Source of the DNA: Octopus bimaculoides
Taxonomy: Eukaryota
Assembly: GCF_001194135.2 (NCBI RefSeq)
Contig: NC_068988.1
Coordinates: 93,183,306-93,247,305 of the forward strand
Reading direction: 5' to 3'
DNA: 64,000 bases
Shown in pieces: positions 13,592 through 26,749 of the stretch (position 1 is the first letter of the stretch; each line of letters opens with the position of its first letter). The position numbers and the translations under genes were made by a program. Below the pieces are notes generated by a model. That model saw nothing but the letters and a program-made list of their open reading frames with translations, had not been told where the DNA came from and did no database searches.

Positions 13592-13751
13592 TCATAATAA
13601 CAATAAATCCTCCACAGTTTTGGGGCAAACATAGTCTTCAAAACAACGGTTATTATTTTTTAGGTAGTGTCCAACATCAGTTTCAATATCAGCTTTAATA
13701 AAGTCTGTAGTAAAAGGAGTTGGCCTTAACCTACTTCGGTATTCTGCAAGC
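13592..13751 (-). CDS. LDLRAP1: LDLRAP1 last coding exon (RLAEYRSRLRP...KTVEDLLLL*)
   Basis: Long T tract + tgcAG acceptor, phase 2 completes Arg, TGA at 13594-13592. Continues ARH FSRLAQSR. Confidence 0.88.
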
Positions 13752-14441
13752 CTGCAATTAAAAAAAAAAAAACAACAAAAAGATTAATTTAATATTCGGC
13801 AAATATATAGGTACAGAGAACAATTAAAATATTAAGTTATCCAGTAAATTTTAGACATGTTCTTATTTAGATGAAAATGAAAATGTGTTTGTTTAAAAGT
13901 TTACTTGTCCTAGATACATACCACGAAGATTAAATCTTCTAATGATGCCCTTACAATTTATGTAGGGGATATGACTATATTTAGCATACTAAAAATATTT
14001 GAATATTTATAATATAAAGAAAGGGAGAAGTTGATTTAACCAATTTCAATATTTAAACATAAAAAGCAGAAGTTGATGCAGCTAGGATGTAAAACTCAAG
14101 ACAGGAAGGGAGATAACTAAATGTAGAGAACCTATTAAATAGAATAAACAAGTTTAGCCTACGAGGGATTAAGTGAGAGAACATAAATGTTGAATCACAC
14201 AAGACGCTGCCAGTTACATTCCACAGTAGTACAGCATCAGATTGAAAATTTTGAAATGTCTCAAAAGTTTCAATATCTTTGTAGTTTCAGGAAACCTTAA
14301 ACCCTTCATACATATGAAAGCTATCTTTCACTATATATCCATGTGTGTGTGTGTGTGTGCTTCTTAACATGTAAACATTAAACTCTAAATGTTAATTATT
14401 TAAATTTATGAGGCAAAGAGAAGAATCAGAGAAAAACTTAC

Positions 14442-14488
14442 CTTGAGAAACAGTCGTCTAGATTATCCTCTTCTTCATCAAAATCTTG
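14442..14488 (-). CDS. LDLRAP1: LDLRAP1 exon 6 (QDFDEEEDNLDDCFS-R)
   Basis: tttgtAG acceptor, GTAAGT donor, 47 nt, phase 0/2. Corresponds to ARH ELDDGLDEAFSR. Confidence 0.9.
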
Positions 14489-15429
14489 CTACAAAAATAA
14501 AATTGTACAATGAAAGCAATTTGAGAAATACACAACAAAGGCATTTTTCTTCACACAATAAAACATTAAATCTTATAAAAAAAATTATATTTTGCTAACA
14601 TTTTTTTGCTTGGAAAGTTTTATATCGAACTGGTACAACTTAAAAACAATCCTTTTCAAATTTTTTATCCATCTCTAGAAGAATGAACAGGTTTGCAAAT
14701 TCAAAGAGTTGCATAAATATTTTGGTGGAAGTAAAATACTTTATAGTTTCATATCCTATCAATGGGTTTCTGAATTAAGCAGTTATTTGTTTTTAACAAG
14801 AAAAGTAAAAGCATCACATGAAGGACCATGAGACCAGAAACAATTATTTTAATGCAAGCTCAAGCTATTTTGAAATGTTAAATGGTTGTTTCCAATATAA
14901 GTTCACCCACTTTGAGAACGGGGGTCTCAGAAACTGAGCATACCAGTAAGGTGTTTCAGGTCTGCTCATGCTAAGTTAAAAACCACTTGTGAATGGTTAG
15001 CTTGTAAAAGGTTAGGCTGAATGTATATACTCAACAGTTTGGGTTCTTAAGTTGAAACGAAAGCGTTACACAAAGAATTCACTAAGTAAATATGAAACTC
15101 TGTAATATCATCATCATTTAACGTCCACGGTTTGACAGAACTGGTAAGCTACACCAGGTTCCAAACTGATTTGGCATGGTTTATAACAATTTGTTATGAT
15201 ATATAAATATTATAACTACATATATAAATCAGGGTTGTGGAGTCGAAACAAAAAACTTTGACTCCTCTTTATGTAATCAAGTGATTATGGTCTACACATC
15301 TCATAAAGCATATGCATATGCTTGTACTTTGAGTAGGCCCCTAGGTTATAACTAGTTTATTATATTAAAGAATGAAGACTACCACTAAGACATATATAGT
15401 TTTGTTATAAAATATAAATCTGTTCTTAC

Positions 15430-15570
15430 CAGGTTAATACAGGGTGAATTAGAGGGTGGGGATAAGTTCATAGGCGTGGAAGCATCACTACTTGTAACAG
15501 AATCAGAGAGTTTACGTCGGTAAGAAGGCATCAAGTCATCCTCAGGAATTTCTATAAGGTCACTAGCATA
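15430..15570 (-). CDS. LDLRAP1: LDLRAP1 exon 5 (YASDLIEIPEDD...SPCINL), Ser/Pro-rich linker
   Basis: T-run + ggcAG acceptor, GTAAGA donor, 141 nt, phase 0/0, open frame. Confidence 0.85.
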
Positions 15571-15754
15571 CTGCCAAAAAAAAAAGTATATTATAAATAT
15601 CAAAACTATAAACTTGTTGAATAACATTCCATGTAAAAAACCTCCCAGTTCTTCACAATCCAAAAACTAATTAAAAATCTGTACCATTTGCTATTTTCTG
15701 ATGGTAATATACATCCATATATATATTCTAATATACATCCATATATATATATTC

Positions 15755-15960
15755 TAAAGTAGTGAGTTGGCAGATTGTTAGCATGCTGGGAAAAATGCTT
15801 GGCAATATTTCAATTGTCCTTATGTTCTGAGTTCAAATTCTGCCACAGTCAACTTTGCCTTTCATCAATAAAATGAGTACCAGTTAAACACTGGGGTTGA
15901 TGTAATTGACTTCACCCTCCTCTGAAATTACTAGCTTTCTGCCAAAATTTGAAATCAATA
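15755..15960 (+). mobile_element. SINE (GAGCTGGCAGAA...GTTCAAATTC family) in LDLRAP1 intron 4
   Basis: Similar to copies at about 1-65, 29645-29870, 40385-40830 and 43385-44700. Confidence 0.7.
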
Positions 15961-16641
15961 TAAATATTAACATTCTAAAAGAACTGAAAGGGTTTCAATA
16001 TCTAAACTACAATATGACTAATAGCCTAGCTATGGATATTTATTTACATGTCATGATTTGATAGTAGAAGGCACTTCAAGAGTGGTCAGACTGAAGAAAA
16101 CTTCAGAAGAAGCCGGAGAAAAAAAACCCATAATGTTCAAACTGATAATGTATTGCAGATCTATTTAGATATCACCCTCCCCCCACCAATATATGTAAAA
16201 ATAAGACAATGATTATTACACATGTAAAGTTGGCACAAAGAATTCTGTAGTGTTCCAGGGTTTATAAAAATTAAATCATTCCAGTTGGCAGAAAAAATAC
16301 TATGAGTCTACACAATGCTAAGTTGAGCTGCAAACAAATACTACTTCAATATGCCTCAAAAGTGACTGATCCCTTTTTAAAAAGAACTAGAAATCATTAG
16401 CTTTGGTATCTATTTCATCTCAGCCCATATAAATTATCAAGGTACGATACTAGAATGTGCCAGGTGAGAGAGAGTTAAGCAGTACAACAACTGCTGAGCC
16501 AACAATACATTGGCGTTCATTAATATTAAATTAAGTATACTTTAACTTATTCTAATATTATTCTCAAAACTACTCATAGATTGAATAATCTAAGGAATCC
16601 CACCAAAAACATCCATTATTAGAAATGATTATAAAACTTAC

Positions 16642-16752
16642 AATTCTATTGTCTTCTTTTTCTGCTTTCCGTCGTTCTTCTTGTTCTTCTTCTAATTCAA
16701 GATATTCCGCAATACTAAATGATTGTGATACCGTTAACGTTACATCATGAGC
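16642..16752 (-). CDS. LDLRAP1: LDLRAP1 exon 4 (AHDVTLTVSQSFSIAEYLELEEEQEERRKAEKEDNRI)
   Basis: tttcAG acceptor, GTAAGT donor, 111 nt. Matches the ARH PTB terminal helix AQAVTLTVAQAF followed by a charged stretch. Confidence 0.95.
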
Positions 16753-17109
16753 CTGAAACAAGAGTTAATTACATGACTTTAGTATGTTACATGTTTAATC
16801 TATTTCAAAGAGAGCAACAAAATTAAAGGGAGATGATTCTCCCACGAATTCGTATTAGATAAGTTATTTTCACTACAATATGGAGTTAACATATTTTTTA
16901 GAAACTATTTTTCATCGTTTGGTTTATCAGTAAAAACAGATTAAACTATCAAATCACAAATGCAAATTAAAAAAAAGATATTTATTTTAAGGAAAACAAT
17001 TAAACAGGATTAGACTAGTGTTCGTATTTTACAGTCAAGTTATACCAGATTTAAAACACAACTATTAAGTTAGAATAAAAACACAGTTAGTATCATTTTG
17101 TATACTTAC

Positions 17110-17337
17110 AATTTTCCTTTTCGGGCAGACGTAGACATAACATTCCATAGTTTCATTGATTGTATTGCGAGCAATAAATGCAAACACTCTTTCGTGATGT
17201 CTGTCAGCTGTACAGAAAGATATCCTGTATATACAAACATCCAACAACATTTCTTTGGTAACCATATCATACATTTTAATGCCTTGTGAAGATACATTCA
17301 AGGCCACTTTTCTCCATTTCTTGCCGGAATTTTTTTC
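17110..17337 (-). CDS. LDLRAP1: LDLRAP1 exon 3, PTB core (EKNSGKKWRKVALNVSSQGI...IYRISFCTADRHHERVFAFIA...ECYVYVCPKRKI)
   Basis: Polypyrimidine + cacAG acceptor, GTAAGT donor, 228 nt, phase 0. Strong match to ARH SGKKLQKVTLKVSPRGI...IYRISYCTADKMHDKVFAYIA...CTKRKM. Confidence 0.97.
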
Positions 17338-17905
17338 CTGTGAAGAGAGAAAAAAAAAGTTTAGTGCAATAAATTATTTAATCATTATCAATCAGGAATA
17401 GAAATTTTGAAAAATTTTTCCTTCAAGAACAAAGCTTTTAAAACTTTCTCAACAACTTTCAATACTAAATCTTAATCCACCCAGAATTAGAAGTGCTGCT
17501 AATCTACTGCCCATATTTTAGAACAGGAAAAGTGGTTTTAAACCACAAATACATCATTACTTGAATACAACTATGAAATTCCCAGGTACATTCCAAACTA
17601 CCATATTTTCATAAAGTGTGGTAAAAGTAGGTTAAAATAATAAATCGTTTTTCAAAACTGAAATGTCAATTTAAATTTTATAAAGAGCACTTGATTTTCT
17701 AAATCAGTAGACTCTAGTTAAAGGTTCTAATTTTATACATTTTTTTAAAGATTAAGGTATACTATATAGACAAATTGAAGAAATTCAAATGTAGACCATA
17801 ATATGTTAAGTGAATTCTATAACTGGAATATATTTTATTTGAGAGGAATAAATTAACCCAGGCCAGGTAGATTTGTTAGAAAGTAACATGTATTATATTG
17901 CTTAC

Positions 17906-18063
17906 CATGGCAATAACTCGTTGAATTGCTTTCGTACTGATTCCATCACCATAACTTTCTCCTTCAGAAATTTCTTCTACTAAAGTGGAGCCTAGATATT
18001 TTAGGTAGAATGTCAATCCATCATTCACAGTATCTAGATTTTCACCCCATTTATCATGTAATT
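17906..18063 (-). CDS. LDLRAP1: LDLRAP1 exon 2, start of PTB domain (LHDKWGENLDTVNDGLTFYLKYLGSTLVEE...KAIQRVIAM)
   Basis: cttacAG acceptor, GTAAGC donor, 158 nt. Matches ARH LPENWTDTRETLLEGMLFSLKYLGMTLVE...AIKRIVAT. Confidence 0.95.
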
Positions 18064-21000
18064 CTGTAAGAGAAAATATAAATAGATTAACACTTTATAC
18101 TAAGCTTCTTGGAAAACAATACATACATAGGATTTTTATTGGCAATGTTAGAATATTTTTCAGAACCTGCAAAATTTCTGAAATTCAAAACATTTTAGAC
18201 AAGAAAAGCTACCAAAATAATAAGTCCATTCCAGTATATGAATTACTGATAAAGAAATATAATTTTTGAATTAAAGATTAAGAAACCCGTTTAAAATAAA
18301 ATTCAAAAAAATTAAATGGAGAGAAGAAGGCTTAGTAAAATCTATTTTCTGCACTTACACTAAAGCTTAAAGAATTCAGGTCAATAAGAATTTGACAGTA
18401 TTTACCAAGGGGTGCGGTTTTTGAACAATGCTACCTGCCTATTATTTCCTTACAAGAAGATTTCTCTAACAATTGGGTGCTCTTTCTCTCCTCTACTACA
18501 AAGTAGATCTATTTGTATATATTAATCTAGAGTAGCTTCAAGTGTCACAAAACCTCTAAAAGATTGTTTTATACCAATTCGTAAACAATTTTATCTTTTA
18601 AACAGAATTTTTTTAAAGCTATCACCATAATCGTCAACACCATTGTTGTTATTATTATTATTATTATTATTATTAAAGTAGCGAATTAAGGTGATAGCTT
18701 TATTGAGAAACGAAGGTGAAGTACGCCAGGGAATGAGAATCACGTGATGCAAATTACTCTTGAATGCCCTATATGTTAATTCCTTGAATTACCACTTAAT
18801 GTTGATTAAGATTAACCAGTGTTACGATGTATTTATTGAGCAAGACTCTTGGCATTAATTACCTGAGGAGAAGTTAAAGTAATTAGTTGCATCGATATTA
18901 ATAATAGTTGTGGGTTGAAGAGGAGACTAGTTTTAAGGTTTGAAGATCTTAAACTCCGATTCCAGTTTCAACATTCTATTGAGCTTTATACACAAAACGA
19001 AAATAACAGCTTAAGTATTCACGATAGTTTTAAAAATATAACAAGAATAACCATGAAGCTGATTTCACGTTTCAGAATAAGTTTTAAAACATTTTTAATG
19101 AAATAAAAACGTTCTTTTTGCGAGTCCACATCTTTTGACAGACTGGTGTGTCACGTGATGGGCGAGTGCTCTCCATTATTTAAACCTGACGTTGAGCTGT
19201 CGAGCAGTATTTCTTAATTCTAGTGTATGGATCTGTCATGACAGTTTATTCAGGGAATCAAATAAGGATTTCGATGCATGCCTCAAAACAATTAATATAA
19301 TTCCTTTCACTAATTATCGTGCGTTTCACGTACGTTTGAAAAAAACTTTTTGCTGGTATACCTGACTTCGACAACTTACACAACTCCCGACTGAAAAATG
19401 CAGTTTCAAATCGGAGCAGTGTTATTTGAACGATGAAGAATTCGACAATGAATGGGGGTTTATTTCAGAATAATGATGACCTGTTTAGGATACATTATAA
19501 ATATAGAAGACTCTGAACAGGATTTGTTTTAGCAGCTCCATACGAGAAATAGTGGGCCAGAGGACCAGAGAAAATGTTCAGCAAAACATAAGTGTTGCAA
19601 CTATCGGGGAGGGAAAAAGCCATTTTTCTCAGGTGTGCAAATAACGTAATGAACAACCTGGAAGCCACATCAGGTAAGAAAACCCATCTTCAACATTAAT
19701 TTCAACTTAGTTTTCCATCTTTATTAGAACAGTTTCGTGTACTCGTTAATATTTTAATTAACTATCAACCATAGCAAGCTTCTGTCGATAGTGGAAGTAC
19801 TGACAACTTTACCAACGTTAATGTTGTAAGTGGAATGGTTTAGTTGGCGTCAACACAGCTTGGTTTCCCGAATTACAGGAATATGTGAAATTGACATTCG
19901 ATATGCTGAAAAGTTGTTACAAAACAGCAGTCATTGTTAGTTTATATTCCAGTCTCAGCTCAGATGAGCAAAGTGGCTTCATGTCCAAACAGCTTCTTTA
20001 AAGTTCTCAAATTTACTTGTCTAAAGCTTCCACCTGTTACTTTCTTCAACTTCACTTGAAAGGCAAAGCCTATTGCTACGCTTACTTGATGGTATTGCTT
20101 GTAAATTCGTTAGATAAAAAGTAAAGTGATCTAAGAAGCATCATTGACAGACTAATAAAACAAATCACAAACGATAATCATTACGGTTTCCTTAATGCTT
20201 TTCCAGTGCCAATTATTGACGAGGTCATAACGAAATATATCAACTGCTTCAGTCGATTGAAGATCGTCCCAATCTGTTTTATGTATACAAGATTTCCATT
20301 TGGGCTTCTGAACACTGCGGCACGATTTCAGCTAATGATAAACCAAATATTCTCGCAGAAATAATCTTGTATAACCTACCTACTATTATTTAAACATTCT
20401 TATGTGCTCTAGCTCGGTGGAAGATCATGGCAGAAATTTGCAGGCATTTCTATCAATTTATCAAAGATTTGAATGTCACTTTCATTTAGAAAAGGGTGTT
20501 TTTAGCAAAATGGTTAATGCATGCAAGATCACCAAAAAAAAAAAAAAAAAAAAAAAAAAGCACCTAATCGTTATAAGCTGATTCTTCTTAAAGTTCCTAC
20601 TTCCAAAAAGGAAGTTGAAAAAAGCATTGGGTTTCTTTACAATAAATGAGTAGCACTTCTAATAAATTTTATAACTTTACTCCTTTTGTTCTTTTTCATG
20701 ATTTGATATACCTTTTAATTACTGTCTGTGGCACAGCGAAATGTTCTAAAAGATGGAATTGTGCAAAACATGACAATCTCTAACAATCTTAATTGTAAAG
20801 ATGCTTTTTCAGGAACGCTTCACCTCATCTAATCTCTGCTCTCAAATACTACCAATGAGTGGACCTGCCGCTTGATAGTTTCTTAAATACTGCTCTCCAG
20901 TTGATGTGTGTCTCTCTCTACCTTTTTGGCTATTTTACCTATTTATGTGTATGAATGAAAACGAGCTTTTGGAACGCAATGACAAATTTGCCTGACATCT

Positions 21001-24000
21001 CCAACTGAAATAGTTGAAGTTGCGAAATCAGACCGAACAATTGTTGATTCATTTCGAAAGTTCCTTTAAAACCATCTGAAATACTTATAAAGCTGTAGCA
21101 TTATTCGTTGAATAAAGTCTTTGGTATACAAATATTCAATCATTACATTTGACTATACTTACTTCCATTCATAAGGTAACTAATTTGGTATTTTTGGGGA
21201 GTAGAGATTTGATAAGCCTTTTCTTTACATATAAGCCAGTCAAATTTGATTTTCATGTTTACATATAGAATACTGTATTGCAAAATGTATTTTTGTTGCT
21301 TTGCGGCAAATATTAAAATCATAATTACTATTCACAGGAATTCGAATATCTCCAGGAGTATTACTATTTATTTTACAAGACATCTAATACCAGTATCTAT
21401 CTATCTATCTATTTATATTTGTAATATATAACTTAGTTATTTTAAGCAACAGTACTAATTAGTAGTGGGTGTGGAGGTAAATACAAAATATCGTACAAAT
21501 ATTTTATCCTCACTCCCTAATTTTCGGGCCTAAACTGAAACGTAACTCAAGACATAAAAGGTATTTATAGAATAGGGCAGGGTTGAGTAAATTGAAGTAA
21601 CTAGATTATCCAACATGATAATCAACCGAGCATGAAATTATCTAGAATCTGCTAGTGAGGCAGCCAAAAGAACTCGTGACAATATCAATGATACAGCAGT
21701 ATTATTATTATCATATTGATTTCTGATATAGAGGTACAAACGTAGGATCTCTAAGTAAGGAAATACTGCTATTGTGTGGTGTTCACGCTTGTTGGAATCA
21801 CGCGCACTTGGTATTTAAGTAGCAAAGGTATCAGCTACAACAGTGAAATAATTTTAGCGGGGTTCTTAACGTGGAGAACGTTCTTGAACCTATTATAAGC
21901 GCTTATCATTTCGGCAGCTATTATGCAATTAATATAGGTTTTGATTAAAATTTAATGAAGTTTTCTTTTTTAGTTAATTCATATTATTGTCAATGTAAAT
22001 ATGACTTCAAAATTAAATAACTTTGTTAATTAGGATAAATGAAATTTAATATCAATATATTATTTATTACAACATATCTGCCTTTGATGTTTTAAAATTA
22101 ATATCATTTTAATATTAATTAGCATACGTGGTTAAACAGAAATCTAACCGCTTTCTAATTAACAATCAAGCGATCTTAATTGATTTCATACGTAACACAC
22201 TAACAGCCGCAGTATACAACATTATTATTTAATATTTATCAAATGTAAGAAGCGTATTGATAAAAAAAAACCTTGTCATAACTATATTTATAACTATATC
22301 TTATAGCTTTATTCATTTAATGGAGGGGGCACCTTATGGAATTCTTCAACGTTATTAGATGCAGTTTGGGTACATCTGCACCAAACAGACACAAAGATAG
22401 TCCCGCTCTACAGAGCCAGCCACCGATTCTAAGATCCCACAATCATCACTGATATCAACAATAATAATAATTAAAAGACTGTTGGAGATTAAATGATGGA
22501 TCATTCTCCTCGATTTACGCTAAAAATTTAGAATCCCGAATTTCTATACACTGACAAGTCGACAGATAAGTTATTAATGAGGGGAAAAAAACACGTAAGT
22601 TTTCAAGTATTGTTCGTAGTTATATGATAATGAAATAGTGGCGTGATGTTAGTAATTGACCAATGACAGGCGGAGAAAGCAACGCGCCAAGTCACCTGAT
22701 CAACGATATTGAACACACACCTTAATAATGTCGTTGCTATGTAATGGATTAACTACTATTTGAAATGACCCGGTCAGCAATTATAAGACACCGGTTTGCT
22801 TTAATTAGGAAGAAATTGTTTTCGTTAATTAACTACATTTTGGTAGAAATTAAATCGACTTGAACATATAATAAAAAACAACAACGTTACAATAGAGCTA
22901 CTACGGGTTCCCCAAGTCGCAAGAAATAACAGTCAAATCTCCCTAACAATGGACTACTATCCTAACCCTGTCAGCTTTTAAAGATAACCGGCTTGCTTTA
23001 ATTATAAAAAAATGTTTTCATTGATTGAGTAGATTTTCGTAGCAAATAAATAAATAAAGTGAATTAACTATATATTTTTAAAAATTGCATTAGTAACGTA
23101 TACAACATTACAAAAACGCTTCTACAGGATCGCTCGACTTGCTAGAAATAGCAGCCAAAATGCTTTGACATAAGTTTCCTTTAATAAAAGGAACACATTA
23201 GATGATGTAGTCCTAGGTACTGTGGTCCAAAACAATAAGAATGATCACGGTTTTATTACTTATGATACGGGGTCTACTTGATCAGGACTCACCTGTGGCT
23301 GAAAAACAATGACATTATAAATTAGAGGGAAAATCTATTACCAGAAATAAATGTATTCTTTAGGAATAAAGTAAGCATTTTTATCTCTTAAATCATTGTT
23401 TAGTCGGTAAACTAATGATCAAAAACATGCCAACCTTAATCATCAGGAAACTACATTGTCAAAAGTAGGGTGTGGTTTGAAGGAGATTTAGTTGTTATTT
23501 CTAGCATATCGAGTAACCACGTATTTAGTTTAACGTTAAGTTATTCAGCCCCAGGTCAGCAGTTAGTGAAGAGGACTACATAGATATCCTTCCCTTTTGC
23601 TCCAAGATACGATTTGAATGTAACTTGGCTGTTATTTCTGGCGGGTTCAACAGCCACATAAATGTTTCCTGTAAGGTTATGTGCAAGATGAAAAGATATT
23701 AGATGCTATGTTGGAAATCATTTTTATATCCTAAAAAAATTAAATTCAAAGCAAATAACCCCAAATATATACGTCCATAATTACGAAGAGGAATAAATTA
23801 ACTCCAGCTTGGAATTGAAACCAGATGCAAAATTGGCACACCGAAAAACTACTACTTGCTTGTATATATATTTATTTTTATCAGTACCTTATAATTTGCA
23901 GTGACTTTTCACAACAAAAGCCAGCGCAGTGCCACTCCATCTCACTCCCACAGGTGGGCACTACTAATGAGATATTTTTGGCGTGGAAATACCTGAGATC

Positions 24001-25559
24001 TTACGTTACATGGCAGTTTTAAAGGCGTCTGCTTCCTTCTATAGTAATGTTTCTATTATGTCGAAGCTGAAAACAAAATAATGTAAATACCATTGTTTGG
24101 TAATTATATGTCAACAACTGCTAATTTCCTTTTGAACAGGATCTACTCCAAAGAATCATGACAAGCTAACATGAACACAAACGGAATCTAAACTTGCAAA
24201 CCGATGGATGCAATCGAGCAATGCAAGTTCTCTGTTCTCAGGTCCCGGTGGTCACCTGAAGTCTTAATTGCTAAACAGAGGATAATTTGTTTACATTGAA
24301 AAAGTTTTGCAATGTCCATGCCTTTCCCAAGAGCATTAGCCATGTCAGTGAACTGTAAAATCTTTCAAAAATATCGCATTTAAATTATTATGATTTTATT
24401 GTTATATAAAATTTTGAACATAAATTATTTCACACTATATATGTAGTAGCAGTTTTTTGAAAATATAGTGTGCATGCATATTTATATATACATATATATA
24501 TTTGTACATTTAAATTATTGTCTATAGTATATTTAACCGTTTTGCTGCACATTTGATTAACCTTACAAGAAACAGAACACTGACGAAATATATTTTCAGT
24601 TGTATTGACCATATTTCCTTAAATATATGTAAGTAAAGATTTAATTTAATATATATATAACTAACTACCGAAAGTTTGAATACAGAGTGACAAAACTTCA
24701 AAATAAGGGAGGAAGAATAAAAATTAAAAACTTGTTACAAGCACCGAGTTGTCGGCTTTCATGTCTATAAGTAATTAGTGAGAGAGAGGAAGACTGAAAA
24801 AGAAAGAGAATGAAGAGAGAAAAAGAGAGTGTGTGGGGGAGAGGAAGAGAGAGTATTTCAATGTCAGCCGATCACGCCACTTGGGTTCCCCTGCATAAGT
24901 AGCATCGGCTGATGTTGCGGCTGAAACGTTCTTCCTCATAGTCAGTGCCTCTCTTTCTCGAGTCAGACAGCATTCCAATTAAATAACTCAACCACACCTT
25001 GTTAAGTCGGTCGTAACGAAACTAAAAACGATTTACTATGAAAATTATTCGAGAGGGATACTTTACATTTTAATATCATATTAAATAGCTTAATTTTTTT
25101 AAGTAAATATCAGTAAAGGACAGTTGTCGGTGCTGAGCGATAGAATTTAACACTGGCTACAAGGTTGCGAGCAAATGCATTCGCCAGATGTATGCATATT
25201 TATTATAACATGTATATATATATATAATATGCATACACACACATATATTCATACATTATATGCATGTATACTTTGCAGAATTTTTTTATAAATTTCCATG
25301 TTTAAAACAGTAACTTAAACCAGAAAATGTCTTGTTTAGTGCTATGTCAGCTTTCGGGTAGATTCAAAATTAAAAGATGTTTTAGTGGTAAATATGAAGT
25401 CTTTAATTTCTACTAGATATTGTTTATCCTGTACGGGGTGGGCAGGAAGATTTAAAGCATGTAGGGTGTGATTTGAGGAAAATTTGGCTGCTTTTTCGAG
25501 TAGATCGGAGGTTGGAAAACCAGCATCAGCAGTTATGCACTCTCACAAAGAAATACATT

Positions 25560-25594
<35 letters not shown>

Positions 25595-26202
25595 CATGGG
25601 AACTTCTACATATATCGCCCTTTCCACCCTCCCAGCCTCTTCAATGAGTCAATTTCGATGCTTACAAGTAGTTTTGTTTCCCCGAATTCATCAAATAACA
25701 AGCTAATGGCATTGGTTTCTGCTGAAGGGTTTCATAATGGAACGATTAAATTAAATATAAATTAGAAAGCAAACATAATTAGAAAAGATTGTTCTTAATT
25801 GCTGTCAAGAAAACCTGTTCTGATTCGTAGCTGGAACATCATACGACATCAGGCCACCGGTTAAGGCAGCGTAGGAGATAATGCGGCCGGCATCTCGACA
25901 CTTTTAGATTAGCAATGTCAAAAGTTGTAGGTAGAGAATAATAATTACTTTAAAACTGCATCAAAGGAAATTAAAAAGATTAAATTAGTATAATTCGAGA
26001 TCCGTCAAAATTATCAGTCCTAATTGTAAATGCAGAATTTTCCCGGGTGTAATTCTTGTTCGCTGGTCGAGTCTGCAACAGCATGTTTTAGAAGATAAAC
26101 TGATAATGTATCTACATCTTTATCAATATAATACTGACAATACATGATCGATGCTTATTTAAAAATAAGAAAACATTAAAATATAGAGGAAAAACCACTT
26201 AC

Positions 26203-26269
26203 TGTGATGTCTTTTAAAGGAACTGAAGACGGTAGGGCTTCGGCGTACGACTCTAAATAATACATCCAT
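26203..26269 (-). CDS. LDLRAP1: LDLRAP1/ARH-like adaptor, coding exon 1 (MDVLFRVVRRSPTVFSSFKRHH)
   Basis: ATG at 26269, 67 nt, GTAAGT donor, phase 1 matches exon 2. Resembles the human ARH N-terminus (MDAL...RSPS...RHRK). Confidence 0.85.
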
Positions 26270-26379
26270 TCTTTGAGATGGTATTATAAGTAATGTTTAA
26301 AATGTTAAGAAGAGAAAAATAAATACTTTTTTACAGTGTGTGTGTTGTTCAGGGTTAAAGTAAGAGGGGAAACGTGCGA

Positions 26380-26650
26380 TACCGTTCCCGAAGCGAAGTT
26401 GACCCTGTCTTGAGTGAAATGATTGCCGTCTCACTTGTCAACGTTTTACTACTTACTACAAAAGCCGCCGCTGCTCAATGCGTACGTCAATCATAGCGAT
26501 CGCCTGATTCGAAAGTAGGCGGGGCTTAGAGGCTCACGCTAAAAGATGAATGGTCGACAGAAAACACACCATCTCGAAATTAGAGAAAATATTTTAATAC
26601 ATGTGCCCGTTTCTAACATAATCAGCACTAATAACAACACCGCCGTCACT
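26380..26650 (-). promoter_or_regulatory. Putative LDLRAP1 proximal promoter / 5' region
   Basis: Locally CpG-rich relative to the window, GC box GGCGGGGC at 26518-26525, CRE-like TACGTCA at 26483-26489, 110-380 nt upstream of the ATG. TSS not determinable. Confidence 0.5.
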
Positions 26651-26717
26651 GCATTTTATTTGTTTATTATTTTATATGTATGTATGTAGGTGTGTGTATG
26701 TATGTATGTATGTATAT

Positions 26718-26749
<32 letters not shown>

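Noticed and set aside
25473-25765. Plus-strand ORFs antisense within LDLRAP1 intron 1
   Set aside because: Short, cross a CA/TA microsatellite, and show no homology signal.
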